64,000 bases of DNA, taken from NCBI RefSeq assembly GCF_006345805.1, contig NC_042997.1, positions 144,708,001 to 144,772,000 on the forward strand. Direction: 5' to 3'. The notes beneath the pieces are model-generated. The model was given only the letters and a program-made list of their open reading frames with translations, was not told the origin of the DNA and did not search any database. This document shows, in pieces, positions 13,294-25,304 of this stretch; position 1 is the stretch's first letter; the number at the start of each line of letters is the position of its first letter. The DNA is from Octopus sinensis (Eukaryota). The position numbers and the translations under genes are program-made.

Positions 13294-14054
13294 CCCTTTA
13301 GCATTCAGATTACTCCATCACATGTAATACCGTAAATCCTCGAGTATAGTCCACCCTTGAACATAATACGCAGGAGGTTTTTAGGGGACTTTACCACTGA
13401 AAACCTAAACCTTGTGTATAACACGCACCCCTTCTCTAACTTGAGTCAAGGAGGTCTATATAACGTCCTTGGTTTGTAAAAATGTATACGGTAACGTCCT
13501 TGGTTTGTAAAAATGTATACGGTAACGTCCTTTATTATTATTGTATATATAACATAATGTGAACGTGTAGCTTTTTTGTGCATTTTGTTTGCAGAAAAAG
13601 AAATAACAGTAATAAAGTTTAATAAATGTTGTTTACTGCAAGTTATGGATGATCCTTTTATGACTTCATTGCTTTCAGGCTTAGCTTAAGGTATTTTTGC
13701 GCCCGACATCACAAAATGCGTCTGAATAAACATTGCCGGACAGCAAATAGAGACTCGGACATTGCTTAGAAAATAATTTTCATTTTTAACCTCGTATATA
13801 GTATGCACTAGGAATTTTGACATTTAAATTTTGGGGAAAAAATGCGGATTATACTCGAGGATTTTCAGTACTTATTTATTCACATTGTTTTGAATTAATC
13901 ATCTATTATCTTGTAGCTTCAAGATTTCAATAATGAGATTGTTTCTTCTTAGAAAGACGTGGTAGGGTAGGTGAGAGAGGCTAGATCTGGCTGGTTTGAA
14001 CATAAAACAAGGATAGTATTTGGGCTGAATGTGGCTGGTTGAAATGCTAAAGGG
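13294..14054. mobile_element. piggyBac-type MITE 2, second copy, split by a nested insertion
   Basis: TTAA|ccctttagcatt ... aatgctaaaggg|TTAA; collinear with 12924-13143 once 13330-13868 is removed. Confidence 0.85.
13330..13868. mobile_element. Tc1/mariner-superfamily (pogo/Tigger-like) MITE, TA TSD
   Basis: TA|ccgtaaatcctcgagtata ... tatactcgaggattttcag|TA; internal 31-bp tandem duplication at about 13460-13532. Confidence 0.85.
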
Positions 14055-14239
14055 TTAAATGGTATTTTCTATGGATTCAGTGAAAGATCCATTTATGTTT
14101 AATGTGTTCCAGTCAGCAAAATTTAATAATGTTTCAGAAGACAAGTTGATGGTAATCAGAAATGACAAGGCTAAAACTGCTGAACAGACCATCTGGAATA
14201 CTGCTAACATAATAATGAAAGCAGTTAACCCATATATAC

Positions 14240-14431
14240 GCTCTTTTACTTGTTTCAGTCATTTGACTGCAGTCACGCTGGAACACCGCCGTTAGTCAAG
14301 AAAATCGACCCCAGGACTTATTCTTTGTAAGTTTAGTATTTATTCTATTGGTCTCTTTTGCTGATCTGCTAAGTTACAGGGACGTAAACACACAAGCATC
14401 GGTTGTCAAGCGATGTTGGGGGAACAAACAT

Positions 14432-14467
<36 letters not shown>

Positions 14468-14544
14468 TAAAGATGTAGCTTATTAAAGATGTCCTCGTAC
14501 GAAACAATTGTACCGAGATTTTAATCCATTCTTGTTGCTTTTTT

Positions 14545-14579
<35 letters not shown>

Positions 14580-14760
14580 ATATATATATATATACGACGG
14601 GCTTCTTTCAGTTTCCGTCTACCAAATCCACTCTCAAGGCTTTGGTCAGCCCCAGGCTATAGTAGAAGACACTTGCCCAAGGTGCCACACAGTGGGACTG
14701 AACCTGAAACCATGTGGTTGGTAAGCAAGCTACTTACCACACAGCTACTCATACGCCTAT
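14240..14760 (-). mobile_element. SINE family A, full length, with a short insert in its microsatellite
   Basis: 3' half 14240-14430, foreign 14467-14547 inside (TA)n, 5' half 14595-14758. Confidence 0.9.
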
Positions 14761-15749
14761 ATATGCCCATAACAAAAATGAAGTCTTACAATTTCACTGT
14801 ATTTAGATTAAATGTTTTGGTAAGTTTTCACAATTTGGAAGAGAAGGACAATATGCAACTGTTAGCTACAGGTGTCTACCTATTGAACATTTCATATGCT
14901 CAGTCAGATGCTTTCTGGTGAGTTCATGTTCAAACATGTAGGAGAAGGTTCAGTGTTGTGAAAACGCAACCAGGGGTATACATGGGTTAAAAGCACACCT
15001 GTCATTTTCAGCTTTATATTTTTGTATTTCTGCTAATGATATGATTATGAACATGTACAGGTCACGGCTTTAAACACAATGAGAAAACAGAGTGTGTTGA
15101 TGTCTATCTGACCACTGACAAGAAACATCACAAGACATCAGGTGTGGCTGTGTGTTTAACAAGCTCACCTTACAGCCATGTAATTTTAGGTTCAGTCCCA
15201 CTGTGTGGCAATTTGGACAAATGTCTTCCACTGGAAATTCACTGTGCTCAAGGAGACCCATCCTACAATAGTAAAAATGATGTCCTAAAAGCAGCGTATG
15301 TGTGTAGCCCATTCTACTCCACCAAGCATTCCCCTCTATCTATGGCACTAATAGGTGACTGCCATCACTCAGGAGCAGAATCAACATATATCATTCACCC
15401 TCCCCCATTTCTTTTGCACTATCAATTACCTCCTCCTTCCCTCTGGAGGCCACCTCCTCCTTCCTAGTGCTCCCTTCCAGCCACTTAGCCATGGGGGTCT
15501 TCTCTCTTTCTTGCTCCTTTCTGTCTTGCAACTTACTTGGCAATGCCACTAGTGCGAGTGGTACATAAAAAAGCACTCAATAAACAGTGTAAAGGATTAT
15601 ATAATGTACAAATATAAAGAAAGAATTAAAGAAAAAAGGACTCATTATATTGAATGTTATCAATAATATCAAGTGGAAATAGGGGATGCTGCAGTTTCAC
15701 AGTGCGTATACATGAGCTATCACTGATAGCATGCTATAAATGATATGGC

Positions 15750-15917
15750 TACACTCTCAGAGTGGTTGACGTTAGGAAGGGCATCAAGCTGTAGAAACAC
15801 TGCCAGATCAAGATTGGAGCCTGATGCAGCCATCTGGTTCGCCAGTCCTCAGTCAAATCGTCCAACCCATGCTAGCATGGAAAGCAGACGTTAAACGGTG
15901 ATGATGATGATGATGAT
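15750..15917 (+). mobile_element. Family F retroposon 3' end with (ATG)n tail
   Basis: gtggttgacgttaggaagggcatc...aacccatgctagcatggaaagcagacgttaaacggtgatgatgatg. Confidence 0.8.
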
Positions 15918-16020
15918 ATATATATATATAGTCAATTATGAAATCCAGAGATCAACTGGTGTTATCAATGATATATTGAGAGAATTTTCATGATATATAG
16001 GGATAAACAGTCTAATTTAC

Positions 16021-16182
16021 ATTTATATTAATATAAATAAATGGAGAAAAAAATATATAGTGGATACTTATTCGTATCACGATAAAAACAGTCTCATTGT
16101 GTTTCTTATGTTTTTATCGTGATACAAATAAAATAAAATACCCTCTATATATTTTTTCTCCATTTTCTTATATTAATATAAC
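16021..16182. repeat. Imperfect inverted repeat (~70-bp arms)
   Basis: aaatggagaaaaaaatatatag...gtatcacgataaaaaca versus tgtttttatcgtgatac...ctatatattttttctccatttt. Confidence 0.8.
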
Positions 16183-16689
16183 TATATATATTATATATAT
16201 ATATATTATATATATATATATTTATATTTGTAGCTGAAGGATTAAAATTAATCAAATTATTACACAAGATAATAATAGAGTCAATGATATACTTGCAAAT
16301 TATTTTTTTGTGAATTATTTTTCTCATGAATTATTTGCTCTGTATTGAAATATATATATATGTATATAAAGCAGATAATGTTAATAAGACAATGATTAAC
16401 TTTTTATCATTGTATTATTAATTTAGAGATGAGAATGCACTCAGTGCACTAAATAACCCGATTCCAAGATTGTTGTAAGTTCATTGCAGTTTTACACGAA
16501 GTTTATGTGCACAACTTGTTAGTACAATCAAAGTTCAGTCTAAATTAAGTTGTACAGTATTTCTTTCGGGCACCACACTAGTGCATGTGGTATATATCTT
16601 TGTGTATATCTTTTCAAGCAAAATGCAGCACATTTGCCCATCTGTTTTAAATACAATTTAGTTTTTTATATCATGATTTTTTTCAAAGG

Positions 16690-16762
16690 CTTGTGTTATG
16701 TTGCAACACATCTAGTATCTGATTCAATGTGCCATAGACTGAAAAACAGTTGAAAACTGTTG
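16690..16762 (+). mobile_element. Probable hAT (Charlie-like) 3' terminus
   Basis: gtgccatagactgaaaaacagttgaaaactgttg followed by ccctagaa (nnnTAnnn-type target); may be the end of the 12.5-14.2 kb relic. Confidence 0.35.
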
Positions 16763-17122
16763 CCCTAGAATTTCAAATTAAGTGGAACAAAAATATGTCC
16801 CTTTACTATCATCTTCAAAGCACTGTTGTTGTTGTTTAGCCCCAAGTCAGCAGAGAATAAGCCAACTTATGATCAGTGGCATTCCAGTCTTGAGCAAACC
16901 ATCTTTTGTAAAGCGGTTCTAAGACTAAGTCATTTTATGTCTCCTTCCCATTTCAAGATAGCTTGACGTAATTTGAGAAGGGTTCTTTCATTGGGATCAT
17001 TCAAAGAATAGTAAAGAAATACACTAGACGCAAAAAGGTTAAATAAACAAAACTCTTGTGTGAGATTTTCAGTCATCCTCTTTTCAAAGTTAGAATAGAT
17101 TGTTTGAATACACACACACACA

Positions 17123-17340
17123 CAAGGGGGTGCTGAAAAGTTCCTGGCTTTAAGGGTATCATGAAAGGCTTGGCTGGAAGCCCAACCTTCCAAGTTCTTT
17201 TACAGGGCTTAGAAAACCTGAAGGATTGCTGCAATAAGTGTGTGACTCAGAGAGGGGAATATGTTAAGTAAAATTATAATTCACTGATCCCCCTGCATTT
17301 TCTTTTACCCAAAGCCAGGAACTTTTTAGCACCCCCCTCA
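17123..17340. mobile_element. mariner-type MITE (~218 bp)
   Basis: TIRs gggggtgctgaaaagttcctggcttt / aaagccaggaactttttagcaccccc; same family, opposite orientation, at 38249-38465. Confidence 0.85.
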
Positions 17341-19284
17341 TACCTGTATATATGTGTATGTGTGTGTGTGTGTGAATGAAATGTTTGGTTTTGGCTGTTT
17401 GAATACTGGCAATTTGATACAACTGACTGGACACTGAAACAGTTTTGAGGGCTTTTGGTAGCACAGTTCTTTTTGGTACCAAAGGCAAACACATGCATGT
17501 GTACAAATCTATCTACCTGTCTAAATATATATATATAGAACAAAAACGCAATAGAGGGCATTAAAACATTCGGACAGATAGACAACACAAAGGCGGACAA
17601 GAGAAACAACAATTAGGACAGGCAAAAAAAGATGGGTCATTCTTGGCTTTCTTTCATCAATCAAGTCCCAGAAGTCACGACCATTTTGGACAGTTACATA
17701 TATATATAAGGGAGAGGGAGGGGAAAAAGAGAGAGAGAGAGAGGAGAGGAAGAGGGAAAATGTGAAAGACATTAAAATGTATCAATCGACCCCAATTGCC
17801 AGAAACACATCTCCTCTTTCCAAATGCATAAAGGAACCAATAGACAGGGAGAGAGAGAGATGTTTTTGTAACAACCAGGGCCATTCATTACATTTCAATG
17901 TTTCTGTCCGTGTGAGTCTCTCTCTTTGATTGTTCTGCTCACAGAGCTGAAATTTAAATTCACTGTCAGATTAACTTTGTCAAAGATGGACAGAAATCCA
18001 TTATGAGAAAAAGTTTCTTTTCTACAATTTGTCAATATTTCACCAGCCATCATATGCATAAAGTGAAACAGAAAGTTAAACAAAGTTTAGTAATCGAATA
18101 TTTTAATACCTGTGATTACAATTGCCAACTAGGATAAAAACAAAATTTTCATGGAGCCAAAAGATCAAGGGGACAAAATGGCTGATATCATACAAATCAA
18201 TGTCAAATTAGTGATGTCAAATAGCTAAGACCAAAACAGCTATGCCAAAATGTCTCATGCCCAAAATATTATTATATTTACCAAATTTAGGGAATGGAGC
18301 TGATTAGAATCCAAGCTAAATATGAGGAGCTTACTTTTAAAACTGGTCTAAGTGCATATTTGGTCGCTTTCATGATAACCATTAAAACACAATCTGCAAG
18401 CTTCTGGTTTCCCGCATGTGAAATTTTTTTCAGTCAAACTGGGATAGATGTCATATAGACAGTAGGTGAATCTTAGTCTTCGAATCAAAATCAAATATAT
18501 TCAAGTTGTTGTTTAAACAATTACTCAAAAGTCATTCTGATGCATATACCTGGTTTTGAAAGTAAGCATTTCATATGTTTCCTAGCTAACAGAACCTCAG
18601 AAGTAGTAATTACCCAAAATGAGGGGTACTCCACTAACTACTCATCAGGCCAAAGCTACTCTAGTCAAATGAAGGTTACATTATCATCAAGGGATCCCAT
18701 GATAACTAACAGGAGATTTGATCAAAAATGTGTGGAAAGCACAGAGTGAGAGGACAAAAGGGAAAACATCTATGTGAAGAAAGGAAATATGGGAGTGGGT
18801 ATATTCTAGTTTGGAATAGGTGCACTGTATCTGTATATCATAAGAAGCAAGTAAAACAGTTGGTGACATGGAAGGCATGCAATCACAAATTGATACCTCA
18901 AAACTGGATCTATCTAAAAATGCATGTAAGATATTAAAATTGGAAGAGAGATAGGAAATGTAAGAGAAAAGGTGATGACAGAACATATTTGAGAGGGAAA
19001 TATATACACAGAAAAGAAATTATGAACTGTGTGGAATTACTGAGAATAATGAGAATAAAGAGAGTACATTGTGGTGAGAAATAATAACAGAAAGAAGACA
19101 GTGTGAAACACGTGAAAAAAATGGATCCAGGCTTGAAACGAAAACATTCAGAATTACTGAAAGGAGGCAAAAATATGCCCAGTCATTCTCATGGGCATTA
19201 TGCTAGCATGCATGGAGTCACACACACACACTATCTAACCCATACCAGCAAGGAAAACAGACATTAAATGAGAATAAGTGATAT

Positions 19285-19668
19285 ATCTTTTGCTTGTTTC
19301 AGTCATTAGACTGCGACCATGCTGGGGTACTACCTTGAAGGGTTTTTACCGGTCGAACAAATTGACCTAGGACTTATTCATTTTAAGCCTGGTACTTATT
19401 CAATCAATCACTTTTGCTGAACCGCTAACTTACGAGGACATTAACACTTCAACACCAGTCGTCAAGCAGTGGTGGGGACAAATACACGCATGCACACATA
19501 TATATATGACAGGAGTCTTTCAGTTTCTGCCTACCAAATCCACTCACAGGGCTTTGGTCAGCATGAGGCTATAATAGAAGATACTTGCTCAAGGTGCCAC
19601 GTAGTGGTACTGAATCTAGAACTATGTGGTTGGGAAGCAAGCTTATTACCACATAGCCATGTCTGCAC
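19285..19668 (-). mobile_element. SINE family A, full length, decayed
   Basis: Collinear reverse complement of the family A consensus. Confidence 0.85.
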
Positions 19669-20141
19669 TTATATATATATATATATATTTATATATGAAA
19701 ATATTATGAACATATATGTGTGTGTGAGAGTGTATGGGTGTGTGCATGTGTGTGAGTGTATAATAGTATTAGGATACTTTCTCCTAAAGCACGTGTATTT
19801 GAACAATTAAAATGGAATGGCATTTATTTTACAAGCTGGGTGGAATTAGGTAACTCATTAATTGGATTTCAGGATATCACAATAGGTTTTTACTTTAGTA
19901 TGTTATGTACAGTCCACCAGTCATTATATTACATCCCATAACTACCATGTGTAAACAGACCTGAAAACAGTGGCCTTGTGCTTAGGATAGAAATCAATGT
20001 AAGAAGGGAGAGAGAGGAAAAAGAGGGTGAGGGGGAGAGAGAGACAGAGAGAAAGAAAAGAGAGGGAAAGAAAGCAGAGGCACACATTTTATATTTAAAT
20101 CATAGAAATGGAAAAATTATGTCAGTAAACAAATATAAACA

Positions 20142-20470
20142 GGCGCAGGAGTGTATGTATAGTAAATAGCTTGCTTACCAACCACATATTTCAAGGTTCA
20201 GTCCCACTGTGTGGCAACTTGGGCAAGTGTCTTTTACTATAGTCACAGGCCAAGCAAAGCTTTGTGAGTAGACTTGGTAGATGGAAACTGAAAGAAGCCT
20301 GTCAAATGTTGGTGTGTTTACATCCCCATATCCCAGTGGTTCGGCAAAAGAAATCAATAGAGTAAGTACTAGGCTTACAAAGAATAAGTCCTGGCATCAA
20401 TTTGTCTGACTAAAGGTGGTGCTCCAACATGGCCACAGTCAAAAGACTGAAACAAGTAAAAGAGTAAAAG
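20142..20470 (+). mobile_element. SINE family A lacking the internal microsatellite
   Basis: ggcgcaggagtg head to gactgaaacaagtaaaagagtaaaagag tail; central segment missing. Confidence 0.85.
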
Positions 20471-20689
20471 AGATGGGAGTTGACAAAGGAGCCTCTGAGA
20501 GGCTGCTGTATCTGCTAGAAATAGTGATCAAATATCCTTTATATCAGACCCCAATCACTTTAAAAAGAGGGATGGTTCCTGTGAATAATATAGTCCTAAA
20601 TACACAGAAAGAATATTTTAAAGTAGAGGCATGTTATTTAGTTTCAGTCTGTATTTTCAACAGTGAATGTGTATGTATACTTATATATA

Positions 20690-21066
20690 TGCAAGTGTGG
20701 CTGTGTGGTAAGAAGTTTGCTTCCCAATCACATGGTTGCGGGTTCAGTCCCACTGTGTGGCACCTTGGGCGTCTTCTACTATAGCTTTGGGCTGACCAAA
20801 GCCTAGTGAGTGGATTTAGTAAACAGAAACCTTATATTTCCCTCTCAAATGGAAACTGAAAAAGCCCATCATGTATATGTATGTGTCTGTTTACCACCAT
20901 TACTTGACAACTGGTGTCGGTTTGTTTATGTTCCCATAACTTAACAGTTCGGCAAAAGTAACTGATAGAATAAGTAGCAGACTTTAAAAAAATAGTACTG
21001 GGGTTGCTTCAACTAAAAATTCAAGGCAGTGCTCCATCATGACCACAGTCAAATGACTGAAACAAG
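20690..21066 (+). mobile_element. SINE family A, decayed
   Basis: TGGCTGTGTGG A-box, GGGTTCAGTCCC B-box, 3' half present. Confidence 0.8.
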
Positions 21067-21145
21067 ATTTATATATATATATACATATATGTATATACAT
21101 ACATACATATATGTATATACATACATATATATATATATATATATA

Positions 21146-21910
21146 ATCATCATCATCATCATCGTTTAACGTCCGTTCTCCATGCTAGCATGGGTTGGAC
21201 GGTTCGACCGGGGATCTGGGAAGCCAGAAGGCTGCACCAGGCTCCAGTCTGATCTGGCAGTGTTTCTACAGCTGGATGCCCTTCCTAACGCCAACCACTC
21301 CGTGAGTGTAGTGGGTGCTTTTTACGTGCCACCTGCACAGGTGCCAGGCGAGGCTGGCAACGGCCACGGTCGGATTGGTGTATTTTATGTGCCACCGGCA
21401 CGGAAGCCAGACGAGGCGGTGCTGGCATCGGCCACGAGTCGGATGGTGCTTTTTACATACCACCAGACCAGGGATCCTGGCTGGTTCAATTCGATTTCGA
21501 TTTCGCTTGCCCCAACATGTCTTCGCAAGCAAGGGGGTTGGCATGGGTGCCTGTTGTACGGTCAGATTGGTGTATTTTACGTGCCACCGGCACGGAAGCC
21601 AGTGGAGGCGGCGCTGGCATCGGCCGCGAGTCGGATAGTGCTTTTTACGTACCACCAGACCAGGGAACCTGGCTGGTTCAATTCGATTTCGATTGCCCCA
21701 ACATGTCTTCGCAAGCAGGGGGGTTGGCATGGGTGCCTGTTGTACGGTCAGATTGGTGTATTTTACGTGCCACCGGCACAGAAACAGCAACCACTTTACA
21801 GAGGTTACTGGTTGCTTTCTATCTGGTTCCTGAATGGGAGTTTTTTACATGTCAACAGCACAGGTGCTTTTCATGTGGCACGAGCAAGGTGGTTTTTATG
21901 TTGCACCAAG
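21146..21910 (-). mobile_element. Young family F retroposon with internal ~190-bp tandem duplication
   Basis: (CAT)n tail at 21146; units start at 21373, 21565 and 21751 (partial); recurring ggtgctttttacgtgccacc motif. Confidence 0.8.
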
Positions 21911-22571
21911 ACCAGTGGGGTCATCAAGTAATATGCAAAACAAAGACCTCTCAGTTGAGAGAAGGGAGCTGACCAAGTAAATTTCCTTCAACATTACAAA
22001 GATACTATCACTGTATATGTAGCTGCATGGTTAAGAAGTTCTCTTCCCAAACACATGATTTCTGGATCGGTCCCACTACATGCCACCTTGGACAAATGTC
22101 TTCTATAGCCCAAGGTTGACTAAAGCCTTATTAGTGAATTTGGTAGACAGATACCAAAAGAAACCTGTCGTGTGTGTGTGTGACTGAGTGTGTCAAAGGG
22201 AGAGTTAATTTTCCCTTGTCTTCACATGGTCATTTATTGCAAACAATGCCCTTGCTGATGGTGTTTGACAGTATTGTTTGCTTACTGTCTATTGTGGAAA
22301 CACATCGAAACTTCTTGACGTGCGATCTTTGTGTAAAAAAAAAAAGACTCGTTCAAATATTATTATTTGTTTCCAGTTCCCCGCGTAACAATAACTGGAT
22401 TATTTGTTATTTAGCAAATGGGAAAAATTATTTCCTTATTCACAAATATGTAGAGGCTGGTGTTGTAAAGAGCATCAGGTTGTAGAAAACTCTGCCTCAA
22501 CACAGACTTGCCTGACACATGCAAATATGGAAAAGTAGCAGTTAAAATGACGATGATTGTGCCAGAGATGC

Positions 22572-22601
<30 letters not shown>

Positions 22602-22602
<1 letters not shown>

Positions 22603-23867
22603 CAGGTCATTCCATAAGTTCTGTTCAAATTTTGAATAAAGAAAACAAGTGATCAAATGTTATATTTAATTGAAATTTAATCATCAATGTACTTTCCCTG
22701 TTTATTTATGACTTCCTTCCATCTATTTTCAAGCTTTTTAATCCCATCAATATGAAACTCTTTTCGTTTGAAAGTGAAGAACTCTGAAATGTCAGTTTTG
22801 ACCTCCTCCCAGCTTGCAAAAGTTATGTCCTCCAACTGATTCTGTAAACTACAAAACAACTGGTAGTCTGAAGGAGCAAGGTGGGGAGAATAACGTGGAT
22901 GAGGAATTTTTCCCAACCAAGCTCTTCGATCTTCTGTGATTTGATCTTTGCAGTGTGGGGTTACGCATAGTCCTGATAAAACATAATTCCTTTTCGATTC
23001 ACTAAAGCGGGTCTTTTTTTCTTCAAAGCTTGGTTCAAACGCTCTAATTGCTGACAGTAGACTTGAGCATTGATTGTTGCATTAGGTGGTAACAATTCAA
23101 AGTGAATTACTCCTTTGCAATCCCACCAGTTAGAGAGAAGAACCTTTTTTCCATAAAGTTCCCTTCTCGGTTGTGGTTGAGCTTTTTCCCTTTTACCAAG
23201 CCACTGTTTACGACATTTAACATTTCGATAGAAGATCCATTTTTCATCACCAGTCACAAGACTATCCAAAAAGGGTAAAACGAGTTCACGAGAATGGAGA
23301 GAAGAGCAGATGTCAACTTGGGATTTGCGGTTGCTTTCGGAAAATTCATGAGGTACCCATTTTCCAAGTTTAGGAACCTTTGCAAGTTGTTGAAGATGAT
23401 GAACAGTTGCATGATTTGAACTAAGCTTTATTGCCAAGTCTTCAACTGATAATACAGGATTTTCTTCAAGTAATGCCTCAAGGAGCTTATCAAACTCAAC
23501 TGAACATCCTGTTCAATCTTCATCTTCAAGGCTGAAATCTCGACTTCTGAATTTTGCAAACCATCTTCTGCAAGTTCTTTGCCATAAACTGAGTGTATGT
23601 TTCGAGTCACTTTAGCTGCAGAGTTTCCTTTTTTTTTACACATAAAGCATTATGTGCTTTAAATGCTCTTTGGATACTTCCATGTTAGAAAGGATTTTAA
23701 TCAAAGAAATTTTAATTCTATTATTCTATAAAATAATATTCAATTAGTTTAAATGTACACAAATGCATAAAAATAATTTTTAATTCCATTAGACATTTTA
23801 AAATACTATTAAATTTCATTAAATTTTAAAAAAGGTAAAATCGGACAGAACTTATGGGATGACCTCA
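22602..23867 (-). mobile_element. Full-length mariner (DD34D) transposon, 1266 bp, TA TSD
   Basis: TIRs tcaggtcattccataagttctgttcaaatttt / aaaatcggacagaacttatgggatgacctca, TA on both sides, transposase inside. Confidence 0.95.
22677..23683 (-). pseudogene. mariner transposase pseudogene
   Basis: ATG at 23683 (MEVSKEHLKHIMLY); motifs WVPHEF, TGDEKW, QDYA (cf. HDNA) and YSPHLAPSDY across three broken ORFs. Confidence 0.95.
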
Positions 23868-24534
23868 TATTACAATATCACAAAGAAACTATGACTATAT
23901 ATATATAATTATATATATACATGTATGTATATATATATATATAAAACACAATGACACTATCTTATATATATATATGTATTCATACACATCACAAGCAAGG
24001 ACACAATCTCTTTCTATATAATATCACAGAGACACTATTATTACACACACAAGTAAATTCTCCTGCCTCTTGAGCCAACAAAGGAGTCTTCTCTATGTTA
24101 ATAGCTCTCAAATCACACCTTCAAAAAGAGAATCAACTAATTGCATTATGAGATATATTATACTCCAGACTTGAAAACAAACAAAATCAAAATAGAAAAA
24201 AAAAAGAAAAGAAAAAGACAAGAACAAAGGAAAAAGATTTGATGATCATTGCTGAAATGCTTTTGATCATATATTTCTGTTCAATCAGTGCAAACAAACA
24301 ACAACGATCTTGTATGTCACCCTCTCTAATTAAAGGAGAAGTAAAAGTACCCATGACTTTTTGGAAGCTATCCCAAACTTTGGAAAAATTAGTGGTTATT
24401 TTTTTTCTTTTCCCTTCTTTTTATATCTTAATAATTATTTTGTTTCTTTAATCTAAGTTCTCCAAGTTACAGTATGTGCCTTGCTGGCCTTAGAAATCTT
24501 AATAATATGGTGTTTCTTTAATGAAAGATGTTAA

Positions 24535-24781
24535 CCCTATTCCTATGGGAGTCAGATATATCCACTCAAAATTTCATTACTATTTAACTGTGAAAAGCAG
24601 TCTTATATACCGATCCATCTTTTGCTGAGGAATGTCATGTTTGGAACATATCATATTTTTGTCGAGATATGTTTAGTTTATTGAGGCAACAAGACTATCA
24701 ACTTGCAGAAAATAACAATTTTGGTAGATGTTTAACCTTATTACTGGAAAAATCATGAAATTCAATTTTGCAATTAAAGGG
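24535..24781. mobile_element. Possible piggyBac-type MITE
   Basis: TTAA|ccct ... aggg|TTAA termini only; little further TIR identity. Confidence 0.4.
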
Positions 24782-25304
24782 TTAAAATTATGCTTTAAAA
24801 AACAAAAAAACATATTTCCAATGTCTCTACTTTAGTATGAATAATCAGGACTTGAATCATCGTATTTTGTTTATTTTGTCATAAATTTGAAGGGAAATTA
24901 TAATCATGACTTAGAAGACACACTCTATCTGATGTTGACTAAATGTCTTGTTTTGATAATCAATATGAATTTTGTTAATAATTTCCTTCCTCATAAAAAT
25001 TTTTAATTTCATTTTAAGAAATTAAAAAAAAAAAATAAGTGTAATAATAATTTTGATTCAAAGGATTTTGCAAATATATTTCAATTTACCATGAATAATT
25101 AAATTCCATTTTCAAAAGAAACTTTGATTTTATGAAAAGACAAATGAACAGACATTTCTGTACACACACACACACACTATATACAGAGGGTGAGAGAGAA
25201 AAATGAATCACATTTTCATGCACATAGATAGATACGTAGGTTGGTAAGTAGATTTGTTGAGCTGAACAGCCATCTGTCGTTTTTCAGCATATATGTATAT
25301 ATAT

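Larger units (their letters stand above)
12465..14228 (+). pseudogene. hAT (Buster/Charlie, ZBED5/FAM200-like) transposase relic interrupted by MITEs
   Basis: Pieces translate as MRWLSQ..SRLYE, LADLLSKETWC, FLVDIF*ALNALNKDMQRKIEHILACTDKTNSF (to 12716), TLWRTRIK..EMFELTKSCKLDKN (13157-13290) and DSVKDPF..EDKLMVIRND (14059 on), in the expected Buster C-terminal order; stops and frameshifts present. Confidence 0.8.

Noticed and set aside
14508-14921. Recurrent peptide RRASFSFRLPNPLTRLWSARGYSRRHLPKV (also 27540, 30681, 44903, 47563, 61496)
   Set aside because: Antisense translation of SINE A, not a gene family.
18540-18937. Two short ORFs possibly from a CR1/L2 LINE end
   Set aside because: Similarity limited to an RxRG-like tetrapeptide; too weak to call.
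21182-21972. 249-aa and overlapping ORFs
   Set aside because: Open in several frames on both strands because of a GC-rich tandem duplication in a retroposon; no protein motif.
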